Assembly: GCF_035285525.1 (NCBI RefSeq)
Contig: NZ_JAYKGW010000140.1
Span: 22,565-54,564 of the forward strand
Direction of reading: 5' to 3'
From: Okeania sp.
Lineage (GTDB): Bacteria > Cyanobacteriota > Cyanobacteriia > Cyanobacteriales > Microcoleaceae
Length of the DNA stretch: 32,000 bases
A program made the position numbers and the translations under genes. Every line of letters begins with the position of its first letter. Within the stretch, counting starts at the first letter, position 1. The notes beneath the pieces are model-generated. The model searched no databases. It was not told the origin of the DNA and was given only the letters and a program-made list of their open reading frames with translations. This document shows, piece after piece, positions 1 to 8,863 of the stretch.

Positions 1-360
1 TACCCCTTCTAAATTATTTCTAACTTGGCGATCGCGTTCTTTGCTGTAAGGTTCAACATCTAGGTTCCAATAGACAGCTTTTGCTTCTAAAAAAGTGGCT
101 AATTTTGGTATGGTTTCTGTAGGTTTTCCGGAGATTATTAATAGTTGACTTCCTATTTGTTTATAGCGTTTTTGTAAATGTTGTAAACAACCAATCATAT
201 AGGTAACTCTTGCCGGAGCAATATCGTCTCGTTTAAGAATATTTTCATCCAGGCAAAATATGCCTACTACTTTTTGAGTTTCTTCAGATGCTTTTGTCAG
301 TCCGATATTATCTGAAATTCGTAAATCACGTCGATGCCAAAAGAGAATTAAGTTAGACAT
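1..360 (-). CDS. phr: Deoxyribodipyrimidine photolyase/cryptochrome family, N-terminal 120 codons; the gene runs off the window start
   Basis: My translation of the reverse strand from the ATG at 360-358 gives MSNLILFWHRRDLRISDNIGLTKASEETQKVVGIFCLDENILKRDDIAPARVTYMIGCLQHLQKRYKQIGSQLL... This matches the conserved photolyase N-terminal signature (FWxRRDLRxxDN, then CLD-ILK). The frame stays open to position 1. It is not listed in the ORF track. Confidence 0.8.
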   Translation of the reverse strand, partial: MSNLILFWHRRDLRISDNIGLTKASEETQKVVGIFCLDENILKRDDIAPARVTYMIGCLQHLQKRYKQIGSQLLIISGKPTETIPKLATFLEAKAVYWNLDVEPYSKERDRQVRNNLEGV

Positions 361-907
361 TTTGTTTTAGTTTACTGTTGGAAAAAGAAGGAATAAGGAA
401 TAAGGAAGGCAGAAAACAAGAATAATTTAGTTATATTTTTCTGATTAAATATTAAAGCATTGATAGATAAAAGTTTTAGCAATTTTAGGTCGGAAAAAAG
501 TACCATATTTGTGGCAAATAGAGCCTGAAAAATTTAGCATCTGGGTAAGAGTGTGGCAGAGTTGGGGAAGGGGTAATTTTTCCGATTTATCGGGAACCGT
601 GTATCTTTTCTATAACTTCCTACTACCTAACTTAGCAAAAAAAAACTTTTTCACCAAACCCTAGTTATCTAGAAGAGAAGGAAGAAATGAATTGTATTAG
701 CTATTTTTCAGTATATCAGAAAAAAATCTACTTTTTTTTGTAGGATTCTTTTTTCCAAATGCTATAATACCACTTTTAATAAAAGAGTAGATAAAATTCA
801 TTTCATACAGTTATCGCTATCATTTTTTCTTTTTTTTTAAATTTACACCTTTTCTCTTAGATCACTAAATTATTCACTCTTCATCCTTCATCCTTTCTCC
901 CTCTTCC

Positions 908-1450
908 TTACAAAAATGATTTAGCTAAGAAAAAACTACAGATTGATTTAGCATCTACAACCTCTCCATCTAAAATAGCCTTTTCTAACTCTTTAGGAGT
1001 CATCAAAACCGTTTCTATATCTTCATCAATATCTTGTGCTGGAGGATTTTCTAACTTCTCTAAATCTTGTGCCAAAAAAGCATAAATAAATTCATCTGAA
1101 TATCCAGGAGCAAGGGGAAATTCTCCTAATTTTTGCCATTTATTGGCTCGATAACCTGTTTCTTCTTCTATCTCTCGTTTGATAGTATCAGCAGGATTTT
1201 CATTTTCCTCTATTGTACCAGCAGGAAATTCTAAAATTCTACCTTGAACGGCAAATCTATATTGTTTTACTAATACTAATTTTCCATCTGAAGTAACAGG
1301 AATACATAAAGCGCCCCCAGGATGACGAATACATTCCCAGTCTCCTTCAACTCCATTAGGTAGACGTAAATGGTTAACTTGAAAATTAAATTTTCTGCCT
1401 TTATACAAGAGGCGTTCTTTAAGAATTTCGGGTGGTTCTTGATTTTCCAT
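908..1450 (-). CDS. NUDIX hydrolase (ADP-ribose pyrophosphatase-like)
   Basis: 180-aa ORF with a clear Nudix box, GTIEENENPADTIKREIEEETGY (Gx5Ex7REUxEExGU). Confidence 0.85.
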   Translation of the reverse strand: MENQEPPEILKERLLYKGRKFNFQVNHLRLPNGVEGDWECIRHPGGALCIPVTSDGKLVLVKQYRFAVQGRILEFPAGTIEENENPADTIKREIEEETGYRANKWQKLGEFPLAPGYSDEFIYAFLAQDLEKLENPPAQDIDEDIETVLMTPKELEKAILDGEVVDAKSICSFFLAKSFL

Positions 1451-1731
1451 AAAACTTAAGTAGGTTGGTAGATATAATTATATAATGAATAATGAAAACT
1501 TTCTCTAATTATCAATTAGAGTAATTTTATCCTAAAAAAGAGAGACTTTAAACCTCTAGGAATTAATTTAATTATCCATTAGTAAGCATTCAGCTATTAG
1601 CTACTAATTCATTATAGCTTTTGAACCAGAGTTAGTATTGAGAGAATTAAGGAGAATTAACAGTATTGGAAAAAACTTACCTTGACGAGGAAAAGTATAT
1701 TTTCATTCTGGGCGAAATAGCTAAAAGCTGA

Positions 1732-2670
1732 ATGCTTAAATCAATTATTCATTATCAATTATCCATTATGAAAGATTTATCTGACAATCAAACAAACATA
1801 TTTAGCAAAATAATTTGGGGTATAATTGGTGGTACTGTTTGGGGTATTCTATTTTTTGCTGCTTTAGCTGGTTTATTTATCGGCATGAATCAAAATTTAA
1901 CGACTATTATAAGTGCATTATTAATGGGTGTTTTGTGGTGTACAATTATCAGCTTAATTTGGAAATCATTAATGAGTAGAGAAGATGAATCTAGCAAAAA
2001 TTATGTAATAGGCGGAATTGTTAGTGGTCTTCTTCTAGGTGCTGCTGTTGGAGGATTAATGTTAGCAATATTAAACCGAGATGCTAGCTTTGGTAGAGTT
2101 TATATATTAGGAGCATTTCTCGGAGGAAGTTTTGGTTTAGTTTGGAGTTTATTTAAACCTCCTATGTTGTTGGGAGGTGTGAGAATTTGGGGAATATCTG
2201 GAGCAATTTTAGGTGGAACTTGGGGTTCATTTTTTGGCTCAATTATAGGTATAGCTGCTACAGTTTGGTTAGTATTTTTAAGTCAAACAAATATTGATAT
2301 TAGTAATAGTAATTCAACTCAATTATTAATAGCTGCTTTGATTTTTGGTGGTGGAAATGGTGCTATTGGTGGCATAATATCGGGAATTATATTTGGAGGA
2401 TTAATTATGGCTCCTCCTTTACCTTTAGCATTAGAATTAGTTGGCATAAGAGGTGGACTTGTTGGAGCAATTTGGGGTTCTTTTGTGACGGCGATCGCTG
2501 GAGGTATTATTAGCAGTATTTTATCTATAACTATTGGTGATGATTTATTTTTTAATCTGGGAATTAATGGTGAAATAACTTTGCTAAAAGCGATAATTAT
2601 TGGCGCAGGTATTGGTACAGTTTGGGGAATGATTTCTGGTGCTTTTTGGGGTAGTTTTGGTAGATGGTAA
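1732..2670 (+). CDS. Hypothetical Gly/Trp-rich polytopic membrane protein
   Basis: 312-aa ORF, almost entirely hydrophobic and glycine-rich, with a recurring WGxxxG/GGxxWG motif (IWGIIGGTVWGILFF, GGTWGSFFGSIIG, AIWGSFVTAIAGG, TVWGMISGAFWGSFG). An alternative start is M13 at 1768. I recognise no family. Confidence 0.55.
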   Translation: MLKSIIHYQLSIMKDLSDNQTNIFSKIIWGIIGGTVWGILFFAALAGLFIGMNQNLTTIISALLMGVLWCTIISLIWKSLMSREDESSKNYVIGGIVSGLLLGAAVGGLMLAILNRDASFGRVYILGAFLGGSFGLVWSLFKPPMLLGGVRIWGISGAILGGTWGSFFGSIIGIAATVWLVFLSQTNIDISNSNSTQLLIAALIFGGGNGAIGGIISGIIFGGLIMAPPLPLALELVGIRGGLVGAIWGSFVTAIAGGIISSILSITIGDDLFFNLGINGEITLLKAIIIGAGIGTVWGMISGAFWGSFGRW

Positions 2671-3028
2671 TTTTTGAAGGCAGAAGGCAGGAGGATTAGA
2701 AAGGAAGATGGAAAAATCACCTTTTAATAACTTGATTTTGTATCATAACTTATACAAAGTCTTATAAAAAACAGGATGGATATTAGTTTAATATAGTTTT
2801 GATAAAGGGGGTGGTTTTATCTTACTAAATGTAAAAACTCATTAATTTAACAGGGAAACCTGTCCCTACTATTGCAAAATTTGAGGTATGTTACGCTAGC
2901 GTGATTTTAGTCACTAAACTCAAACAAAAAAGGTGTTTGGAAGCCAAACCCCTATAGTTTTCTTTGACTAATTATTTAAGATTACTCAGTAGGAAAAAAG
3001 CTTCAACTTCTTACTTCTTACTTCTCCC

Positions 3029-3904
3029 TTAATTTCTAAATTTAGGGTTAACAAATTCATTCAATCCTTCCCCTAATAAAGATAACCCAATTACCATTAA
3101 AGTTAAAGCACAACCGGGAAAAAAAGCAGTCCACCAAATACCAGTTGGTAAAGCATCTAAAGCCAACCTTAAATCATTTCCCCATTCCGCAGTTTCTGGA
3201 GGTAATCCTAATCCTAAAAATCCTAATCCTCCTAATACTAAAACAGCATCTGCCGCATTAAGAGTAAATAATACAGGAACGCTCTGAATAACATTTAAAA
3301 ATAAATAACCAGTTAAGACTCTCCAAGTATTAGCACCCATCGCTCTTGCTGCTTCAATAAAAAGTTCTGTTTTGACACTAACTGTATGGTTTCTAACGAC
3401 TCGATAATACTGAGGAACATAAGCAATACTTAAAGCGATCGCTGCATTTAAAATGCCTTTTCCTACTACAAAAGCTAAAGTTATGGAAAGTAATAATCCA
3501 GGCAAAGTATAAACAGTATCCATAAAAAATATTAAAATTTTATCAATTCTGCCGCCAATATAACCACTTACCATTCCTAATGGTACACCAATAATTAAAC
3601 TTAATAAAGTTGCTAAAATTACAACTTTCCAAGCAACTTGTGCGCCGAATAAAGTTCGGGAAAATACATCATAACCTTGACGACTTGTACCAAACCAATG
3701 TTTGAAAGAAGGTGGTTGATGTATAGGGTTACTTAGAAATTCTTGAGGGTCTTGAATTAAGTTTATATTTTCTAATGATGGAGATAAAGTAGCAATTAAT
3801 ATAAATAAAATTGTAATAGTTAAACCTGCCCACATCATCTGTGTTGAAATACTAGGTTTACTAAATAAACTGGAAGATTTTACTCGTGAAAATATACTTG
3901 TCAT
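3029..3904 (-). CDS. ABC transporter permease, peptide/nickel (DppC/OppC-like) type
   Basis: 291-aa, 6-TM-like protein with the EAA loop of binding-protein-dependent permeases (IEAARAMGANTWRVLTGYLFLN). No partner ABC genes are adjacent. Confidence 0.85.
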   Translation of the reverse strand: MTSIFSRVKSSSLFSKPSISTQMMWAGLTITILFILIATLSPSLENINLIQDPQEFLSNPIHQPPSFKHWFGTSRQGYDVFSRTLFGAQVAWKVVILATLLSLIIGVPLGMVSGYIGGRIDKILIFFMDTVYTLPGLLLSITLAFVVGKGILNAAIALSIAYVPQYYRVVRNHTVSVKTELFIEAARAMGANTWRVLTGYLFLNVIQSVPVLFTLNAADAVLVLGGLGFLGLGLPPETAEWGNDLRLALDALPTGIWWTAFFPGCALTLMVIGLSLLGEGLNEFVNPKFRN

Positions 3905-4394
3905 AATCTGATAATTGGTTAAGTTAGGAAATATAATTTTAGCATAAATTGAATTAAAAAAGGGAGTAGAGAGTATTTAAGGACATTCCATGGAACCTCC
4001 TTACTCTGTAAGGATAAGCAGGAAGTTATATAGGAAGTAGTTGAAAAAATAGTTCCTTAATTTTTCTGTCCTAGTTAACCTAAAATACTAAAATTCCTGA
4101 ACCTGAGCAGGCTAAAAATTTCCACTTTTTCAGCTACTAGAAAGACTGAAACTTTTTTGTATCAATACTTTTATATTTATTTAGCAGAGCAATATTTATG
4201 ATTGCTATATAATTGAGAAATTAACAATGAAAAATTGATAATTAATAATTACCCATTCTTAAAAGAAGGAGATTAACTAAAAGGAAAATTTTTTTATTTA
4301 TCCCCTAGGATAGGGGAGGCTTCCAGGGGTGAATTGTTGAATGAATAATTATTGACTATAAATTCTTGATTATTAATTGTTTGGTAAATGATTC

Positions 4395-5039
4395 TTACTT
4401 CTTCCTTCTTCCTTCTTCCTTACTTTTCCATACCCAACCATTAATAGTAAAGCGACTATCTGCAAAATTTTTAGAAGGGCAATTTATTGGTAAAACTTCA
4501 TGCCAATAACGACTAAGAAAGAATACAATAGTGTTATTTTTTACTGCAATCTTTTTAAATGAGTTAGCCTGTTGATAGAGATTATTATTTATTTTTTCAT
4601 CATATAAAACTAATTCTCCCCCAGAAAATTGTTTGGGTTGTTGATAAAAATAATAAACGTAGGTAATTTCTCTTTGAGCAACATTTGGTGTTCCATTATC
4701 ATCATGTGCATGATAATAATTACCATGATTATGAGCTGTTACTTGTGCTTCTATTTTAGCGATAGGAAATTTTTGACGAGCGAGTTTAGCTAAAACTTGA
4801 GGTAAAACTAATTTAATTCGATTACTAATTCTAGCTTTAGAAATAGGTGCTAAATATAATACTTTTGATTTGCGAATATTGGTGTCAGTCAAGCCTGAGC
4901 TAGTGGTACTTTTTTCAAAATAAGGTTCTAGTTTAATTGCAGATTCGAGAATTTTTTGATTTTCTGTCTGAGTTAAAAAATTCTCAATTTTTACACATTT
5001 TGATGGCAGCAGATTTTGATTATATTTGTTTCTAAACAT
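4395..5039 (-). CDS. 2OG-Fe(II) oxygenase superfamily protein (prolyl-hydroxylase/Tpa1-like), short paralog
   Basis: Candidate HxD...H facial triad (HAHDDNG ... RYWHEVLP) and a 2OG-binding Arg context (SRFTINGW). The C-terminal 200 aa align closely with the neighbouring ORF 5389..6306. The last residues (KEEGRRKK) are encoded by a CTTCTTC-type heptamer repeat. Confidence 0.7.
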   Translation of the reverse strand: MFRNKYNQNLLPSKCVKIENFLTQTENQKILESAIKLEPYFEKSTTSSGLTDTNIRKSKVLYLAPISKARISNRIKLVLPQVLAKLARQKFPIAKIEAQVTAHNHGNYYHAHDDNGTPNVAQREITYVYYFYQQPKQFSGGELVLYDEKINNNLYQQANSFKKIAVKNNTIVFFLSRYWHEVLPINCPSKNFADSRFTINGWVWKSKEEGRRKK

Positions 5040-5388
5040 AATTATTAATGTTTCTCCTTAAAAGGTGGGGTGGCGCCACCCAATTATTTTAATAAAATTG
5101 TACAACCTAAGTGCAAATTTATATAGATAGCATTTCTGAAGTTAGTGAAGTATAGTTGTTTTTCTTCTTTTATATTTCCTGCTCCTTAATACCAATTCTC
5201 ATCCATTAATGCTATACTTAGGCAATACTTCAGCAAGCCCTAATTAGTAAAATTAGTAAAAGCAGAATCAATTTTTTTGCTAATTTAATATTAATTATTC
5301 TTATTTTTACCTCTCCTCCACTCCCCTACTTAATAAAATGTAGAAAAGTTTTTGAGAAATCGTGTTACTCCCTACTCCCTAAAGAAAA

Positions 5389-6306
5389 TTAATTATTTCT
5401 CCGTATCCAACCATTAATAGTAAAGCGACTATCTGCAAAAGCTTGAGAAGGACAAGTTACTGGCAAAACTTCGTGCATATAACGACTGAGAAAAAATATA
5501 ATACTATTATTGATAGGTTCTATAGTTTTAAATGTTTCAGCTTTAACATAATGTTTTCCTTTAATTTTACTATCATAAATTATTAATTCGCCTCCGGTAA
5601 ATGCTTTAGGTTCTCGATAGAAATAGTAAACATAAGTCAGAGTTCTCGTAGCAGTATCAGGAGAACCATTATCATTATGAATTTTATAGAAATTATTATC
5701 GTTATGAGCTGTTAACTGACTTTCAATTTCAGCAATTGTAAATGGAGAAATATTTAATTGTTTTAAGACATCAGGAAAGATTTCTGCAATTTTTTTGATT
5801 ATTAATTCTCGAAATTTTGGGAAATAATGCAATACTAAAGAACGACGATAATTTTCAGCTTTAGTTGATGTTGTAGTTGGCACAAAATCTGATTTACTTT
5901 GTAAAATATAGTCTAATAATTGTTGATTTTCTGATTTGGTGAAGAAATTTTCTATCTGTAAATAACGAGATTCTAAATTATCTTTTGTAGGAGTATAAGT
6001 TTTAATATTAGATATACTTTCTTGTGGTTGTAAATTCTGCAAATAAATTGGTGGTTCAGTTACCATTCCGACTAAATTTTCACTAGGAAAACATAAAGCA
6101 GCATGACCTTCTGCTAGAGGAATTTGAAATAGGGTAGAATTTTCAGTTTTTTGATGTTTAGATAATAATGTTTTAGCTAAAAGTTGGAGTAAGGGTGCAT
6201 CAGATTTGAGATAAATAGTATATTGATGTCCTCCCATTAATAATAGTTGAATTTTTATTTCTTGTGCTATATTTTGTGGTGATGTAGCTGTCATAATTTT
6301 TGCCAA
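5389..6306 (-). CDS. 2OG-Fe(II) oxygenase superfamily protein, long paralog with an N-terminal extension of about 100 aa
   Basis: KIHNDNG ... RYMHEVLP ... SRFTINGW. LTYVYYFYREPKAFTGGELIIYD here parallels ITYVYYFYQQPKQFSGGELVLYD in the downstream paralog. Confidence 0.7.
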   Translation of the reverse strand: MAKIMTATSPQNIAQEIKIQLLLMGGHQYTIYLKSDAPLLQLLAKTLLSKHQKTENSTLFQIPLAEGHAALCFPSENLVGMVTEPPIYLQNLQPQESISNIKTYTPTKDNLESRYLQIENFFTKSENQQLLDYILQSKSDFVPTTTSTKAENYRRSLVLHYFPKFRELIIKKIAEIFPDVLKQLNISPFTIAEIESQLTAHNDNNFYKIHNDNGSPDTATRTLTYVYYFYREPKAFTGGELIIYDSKIKGKHYVKAETFKTIEPINNSIIFFLSRYMHEVLPVTCPSQAFADSRFTINGWIRRNN

Positions 6307-6584
6307 ATTATCAATTTTTTAAGTTAGTTAATAAACTGTAATAGTTCAAAGATCTTATATACTATACTAATATGTCTTTTTACCAAAAAATTCGGCTTCA
6401 AATTTCCCCTTTCAACCAGTTATATAAAATCCGGTTGAATACTCGTTATATAGTTGTGGGAGATGGGGAGATTGAAGTGTAGATAAAATTATGAATATAT
6501 ACACTTGTAACCGGATATATTAACCACTGAAAAAAGACCCTTGACTGCCCAAGTTGTCAGTCCAGGTCTAGAAACTAAGACGCC

Positions 6585-6735
6585 TAAAATGGTGCAGATC
6601 AAACCCGACCCTACTAGACCGTTTGATCTAAAATGGTGCATTAGGGAGTAGGGGAGTAGGGAAGTAGGGGAGTAGGGGAGTAGGGGAGTAGGGGAGAAAC
6701 ATTTTTGTAACCTACAGCTATTGCACCATTTAAGG
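6585..6735. repeat. Composite repeat: AAAATGGTGCA arms, an 8-bp hairpin and an internal octamer tandem repeat
   Basis: TAAAATGGTGCA occurs at 6585 and again at about 6629, with the inverted copy TGCACCATTTAAGG at 6722-6735. GATCAAAC...GTTTGATC forms a hairpin. The (GGGGAGTA)n tract spans about 6643-6696. Confidence 0.7.
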
Positions 6736-6882
6736 TGAAGCAATGCACTACAAAAATTCTTTAATGCACATTCATTAGTTGTCCCATTCCAGTCATGTGT
6801 AAATATACCAGCGCACTTTGCTATAGAATTTTTAACCAGTATCCACCATTCCCTGCTAAAAGTCTGGGAAGATTTTTTTCAC

Positions 6883-6966
6883 AGGACTTACGCAGAAACT
6901 GGGTTTATCAACAAAATCTTGTGGTTTGAACTGAACCCAGAAACCGGGTTTCTTTGCGTAAGTCCT
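6883..6966. mobile_element. MITE-like element with AGGACTTACGCA / TGCGTAAGTCCT terminal inverted repeats
   Basis: AGGACTTACGCAGAAACTGGGTTTATCAAC...AAACCGGGTTTCTTTGCGTAAGTCCT. Related copies lie at 11240, 16807 and 31543. Confidence 0.75.
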
Positions 6967-6997
6967 ATTTCACTTATAACTTTGAACTTTTCAGAAT

Positions 6998-7195
6998 ATG
7001 AAAAATATCGAAAAATATGTAGAATTAACGGCAGAATTAATTAACTTGCCATTACAGTCAGAACATCTTCCAGGTGTAGTAGCAAATATGGAAAGAATAG
7101 CAGCGATCGCTCAATTAATAATATACTTTCCTCTGCCACCAGAAATAGAACTTGCACCAAAATTTGACTTAGAAAAATGGGAAGATAGGGAATAG
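6998..7195 (+). CDS. AtzG-like small protein (DUF4089-like), probable partner subunit of the downstream amidase
   Basis: The 65-aa sequence ...YVELTAELINLPLQSEHLPGVVANMERIAAIAQLIIYFPLPPEIELAPKF resembles, from memory, the small AtzG/DUF4089 proteins encoded upstream of AtzE-family amidases. The C-terminus runs into a GGGAATA heptamer tract. Confidence 0.6.
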   Translation: MKNIEKYVELTAELINLPLQSEHLPGVVANMERIAAIAQLIIYFPLPPEIELAPKFDLEKWEDRE

Positions 7196-7303
7196 GGAAT
7201 AGGGAATAGTACAATATCAAAAGGTTCAGGATTTAAAAATGTCCGCGCCCTTTGCTTCAACTGCTATATTAATTATTAATTCTTGAAAACATGACCAAGA
7301 AAT

Positions 7304-7462
7304 AAGCTCTCAAGCTTCCCCTTGACTGCGCTACGAGCTGTCGCTCTACAAGGGGATGAAAAAAATTGATTCAGTATTTCAAGCTTCCTACTTCAGGAGG
7401 AGGTGCTGATAACTAATAACTGATAACTGATAACTGATAACTGATAACTGATAACTGAAATG
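7304..7462 (+). repeat. Composite 'two-hairpin + (CTGATAA)n' element, copy 1
   Basis: Hairpin 1 is CCCCTTG(7318)...CAAGGGG(7355), followed by ATGAAAAAAATTGATTCAGTATTTCAAGC. Hairpin 2 is TCCTAC-TTCA-GGAGGA. Seven CTGATAA/CTAATAA units (7406-7454) end in CTGAAATG, whose ATG is the amidase start codon at 7460. Confidence 0.85.
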
Positions 7463-8863
7463 ACTATCAACCTCAACCAAATAGACGCAGTAGCGATCGC
7501 CACTGCCATTAAAACTGGAAAAACTACCGCTGAAAATGTAACCAAAAAATGTCTCGAACAAATTTACCAGCGCAACCAAACTCTAAACTGTTTCACCGCC
7601 ATCACCAGAGAAAGCGCACTCAATAGCGCCAAACAAATAGATCAAGATATTGCTCAAGGCAAAACCCCCGGCATTCTAGCAGGAGTTCCTTTTGCCGTCA
7701 AAAATCTCTACGACATTGCAGGTATAACCACCCTCGCTGGAGCCAAAATAAATGCCGAAAACCGACCCGCTACCCAAGATGCAACCGCCGTTGCTAAACT
7801 CAAACAAGCAGGTGCTATCCTAGTTGGCGCTCTAAATATGGACGAATACGCCTACGGTTTCGTCACCGAAAATAGTCACTATGGTGCCACACCCAACCCC
7901 CATGACCTCACCCGCATCTCTGGGGGTTCCTCCGGTGGTTCCGCTGCTGCCGTTGCTGCGGGTTTAGTCCCCATTACTCTCGGTTCCGACACCAACGGTT
8001 CCATCCGCGTACCTGCTTCTCTGTGTGGTGTCTTCGGGTTCAAACCAACTTATGGACGCTTATCACGAGCAGGAGTATTTCTGTTTGCCAGTAGTTTAGA
8101 TCATGTTGGATCTTTTGCTCGTTCTGTGCAAGATATTACCACAGTTTATGATATTTTGCAAGGGTCAGATGCTAGAGACCCAGTTTGTACTAACCGCCCT
8201 CCTGAAAGTTGTTTGCCTCAACTAAACCAAGGTATTGCAGGTTTGCGCATTGCTGTCGCTGACGGTCACTTTGCCAAAGGTGGAGAACCAGAAGTGTTCG
8301 CAGCAGTGGAACAGGTAGCAGAAACATTGGGTGTGACTCAGCGGGTGACAATACCAGAAGCACATCGAGGGCGAGCTGCTGCTTATATTATTACTGGTGC
8401 TGAGGGGGCAAATTTGCATTTAGATAATTTACGCACCCGTCCCCAAGATTTTGATCCAGCAACTCGCGATCGCTTTTTGGCAGGTGCTTTAATACCGGGA
8501 GACTGGTATATTCAAGCTCAACGTTTCCGTCGTTGGTATCAAGGTTGCGTTGAGGAAATATTTAAGGAGGTAGATATTATTTTGGCTCCTACTACTCCTT
8601 GTGTTGCACCATTATTGGGGCAGGAAAAAATGACGATTGCTGGAGAAGAAATGTTAGTGCGTCCGCATTTGGGTTTGTATACGCAACCCTTGTCTTTTAT
8701 TGGGTTGCCAGTTTTGTCGGTTCCGGTTCGTCGTACTAATGGTTTGCCTTTAGGAGTACAAATTATTGCTGCACCTTATAATGAAGCGTTAATTTTGCGA
8801 GTGGCAGCATTTTTGGAGCAAAACTCTCAAATATTGGATGTTGCTGAATTAAACGATGAATAG
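7460..8863 (+). CDS. Amidase-signature family amidohydrolase, AtzE-like
   Basis: 467 aa with the amidase signature GGSSGGSAAAVAAGLVPITLGSDTNGSIRVPA and Ser-cisSer-Lys context. The gene pairs with an upstream AtzG-like ORF. GC content is visibly higher than in its neighbours. Confidence 0.85.
   Translation: MTINLNQIDAVAIATAIKTGKTTAENVTKKCLEQIYQRNQTLNCFTAITRESALNSAKQIDQDIAQGKTPGILAGVPFAVKNLYDIAGITTLAGAKINAENRPATQDATAVAKLKQAGAILVGALNMDEYAYGFVTENSHYGATPNPHDLTRISGGSSGGSAAAVAAGLVPITLGSDTNGSIRVPASLCGVFGFKPTYGRLSRAGVFLFASSLDHVGSFARSVQDITTVYDILQGSDARDPVCTNRPPESCLPQLNQGIAGLRIAVADGHFAKGGEPEVFAAVEQVAETLGVTQRVTIPEAHRGRAAAYIITGAEGANLHLDNLRTRPQDFDPATRDRFLAGALIPGDWYIQAQRFRRWYQGCVEEIFKEVDIILAPTTPCVAPLLGQEKMTIAGEEMLVRPHLGLYTQPLSFIGLPVLSVPVRRTNGLPLGVQIIAAPYNEALILRVAAFLEQNSQILDVAELNDE

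Noticed and set aside
2319-2720. A 133-aa ORF antisense to the Gly-rich membrane protein gene.
   Set aside because: It is Pro/Ile-rich and mirrors the GGN/ATT-rich sense codons, so it is a compositional shadow ORF. The antisense ORFs 8222-8419, 13208-13393, 13990-14415, 14045-14329, 16342-16598, 18560-18760, 21775-21990, 24109-24366, 25039-25302 and 28544-28768 are rejected for the same reason.
6489-6743. An 84-aa ORF across the octamer repeat region.
   Set aside because: Its sequence (…PTPLLPYSPTSLLPYS…) is simply the translated GGGGAGTA tandem repeat and inverted-repeat arms. ORFs 7388-7579, 16917-17171, 22245-22644, 23338-23616, 23381-23578 and 23591-23863 also read through repeats or MITEs or overlap real genes.
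7318-7366. The CCCCTTG...CAAGGGG hairpin as a Rho-independent terminator.
   Set aside because: On the + strand the stem is followed by an A-run, and on the - strand the T-run precedes the stem. Neither orientation gives a stem followed by a U-tract.
7355-7410. A small ORF starting at the conserved GGGGATGAAAAAAA of the composite element.
   Set aside because: The five copies translate to unrelated peptides of 4-19 aa, because the A-run length and downstream sequence vary. The reading frame is not conserved, so the conservation is at the nucleotide or structure level.
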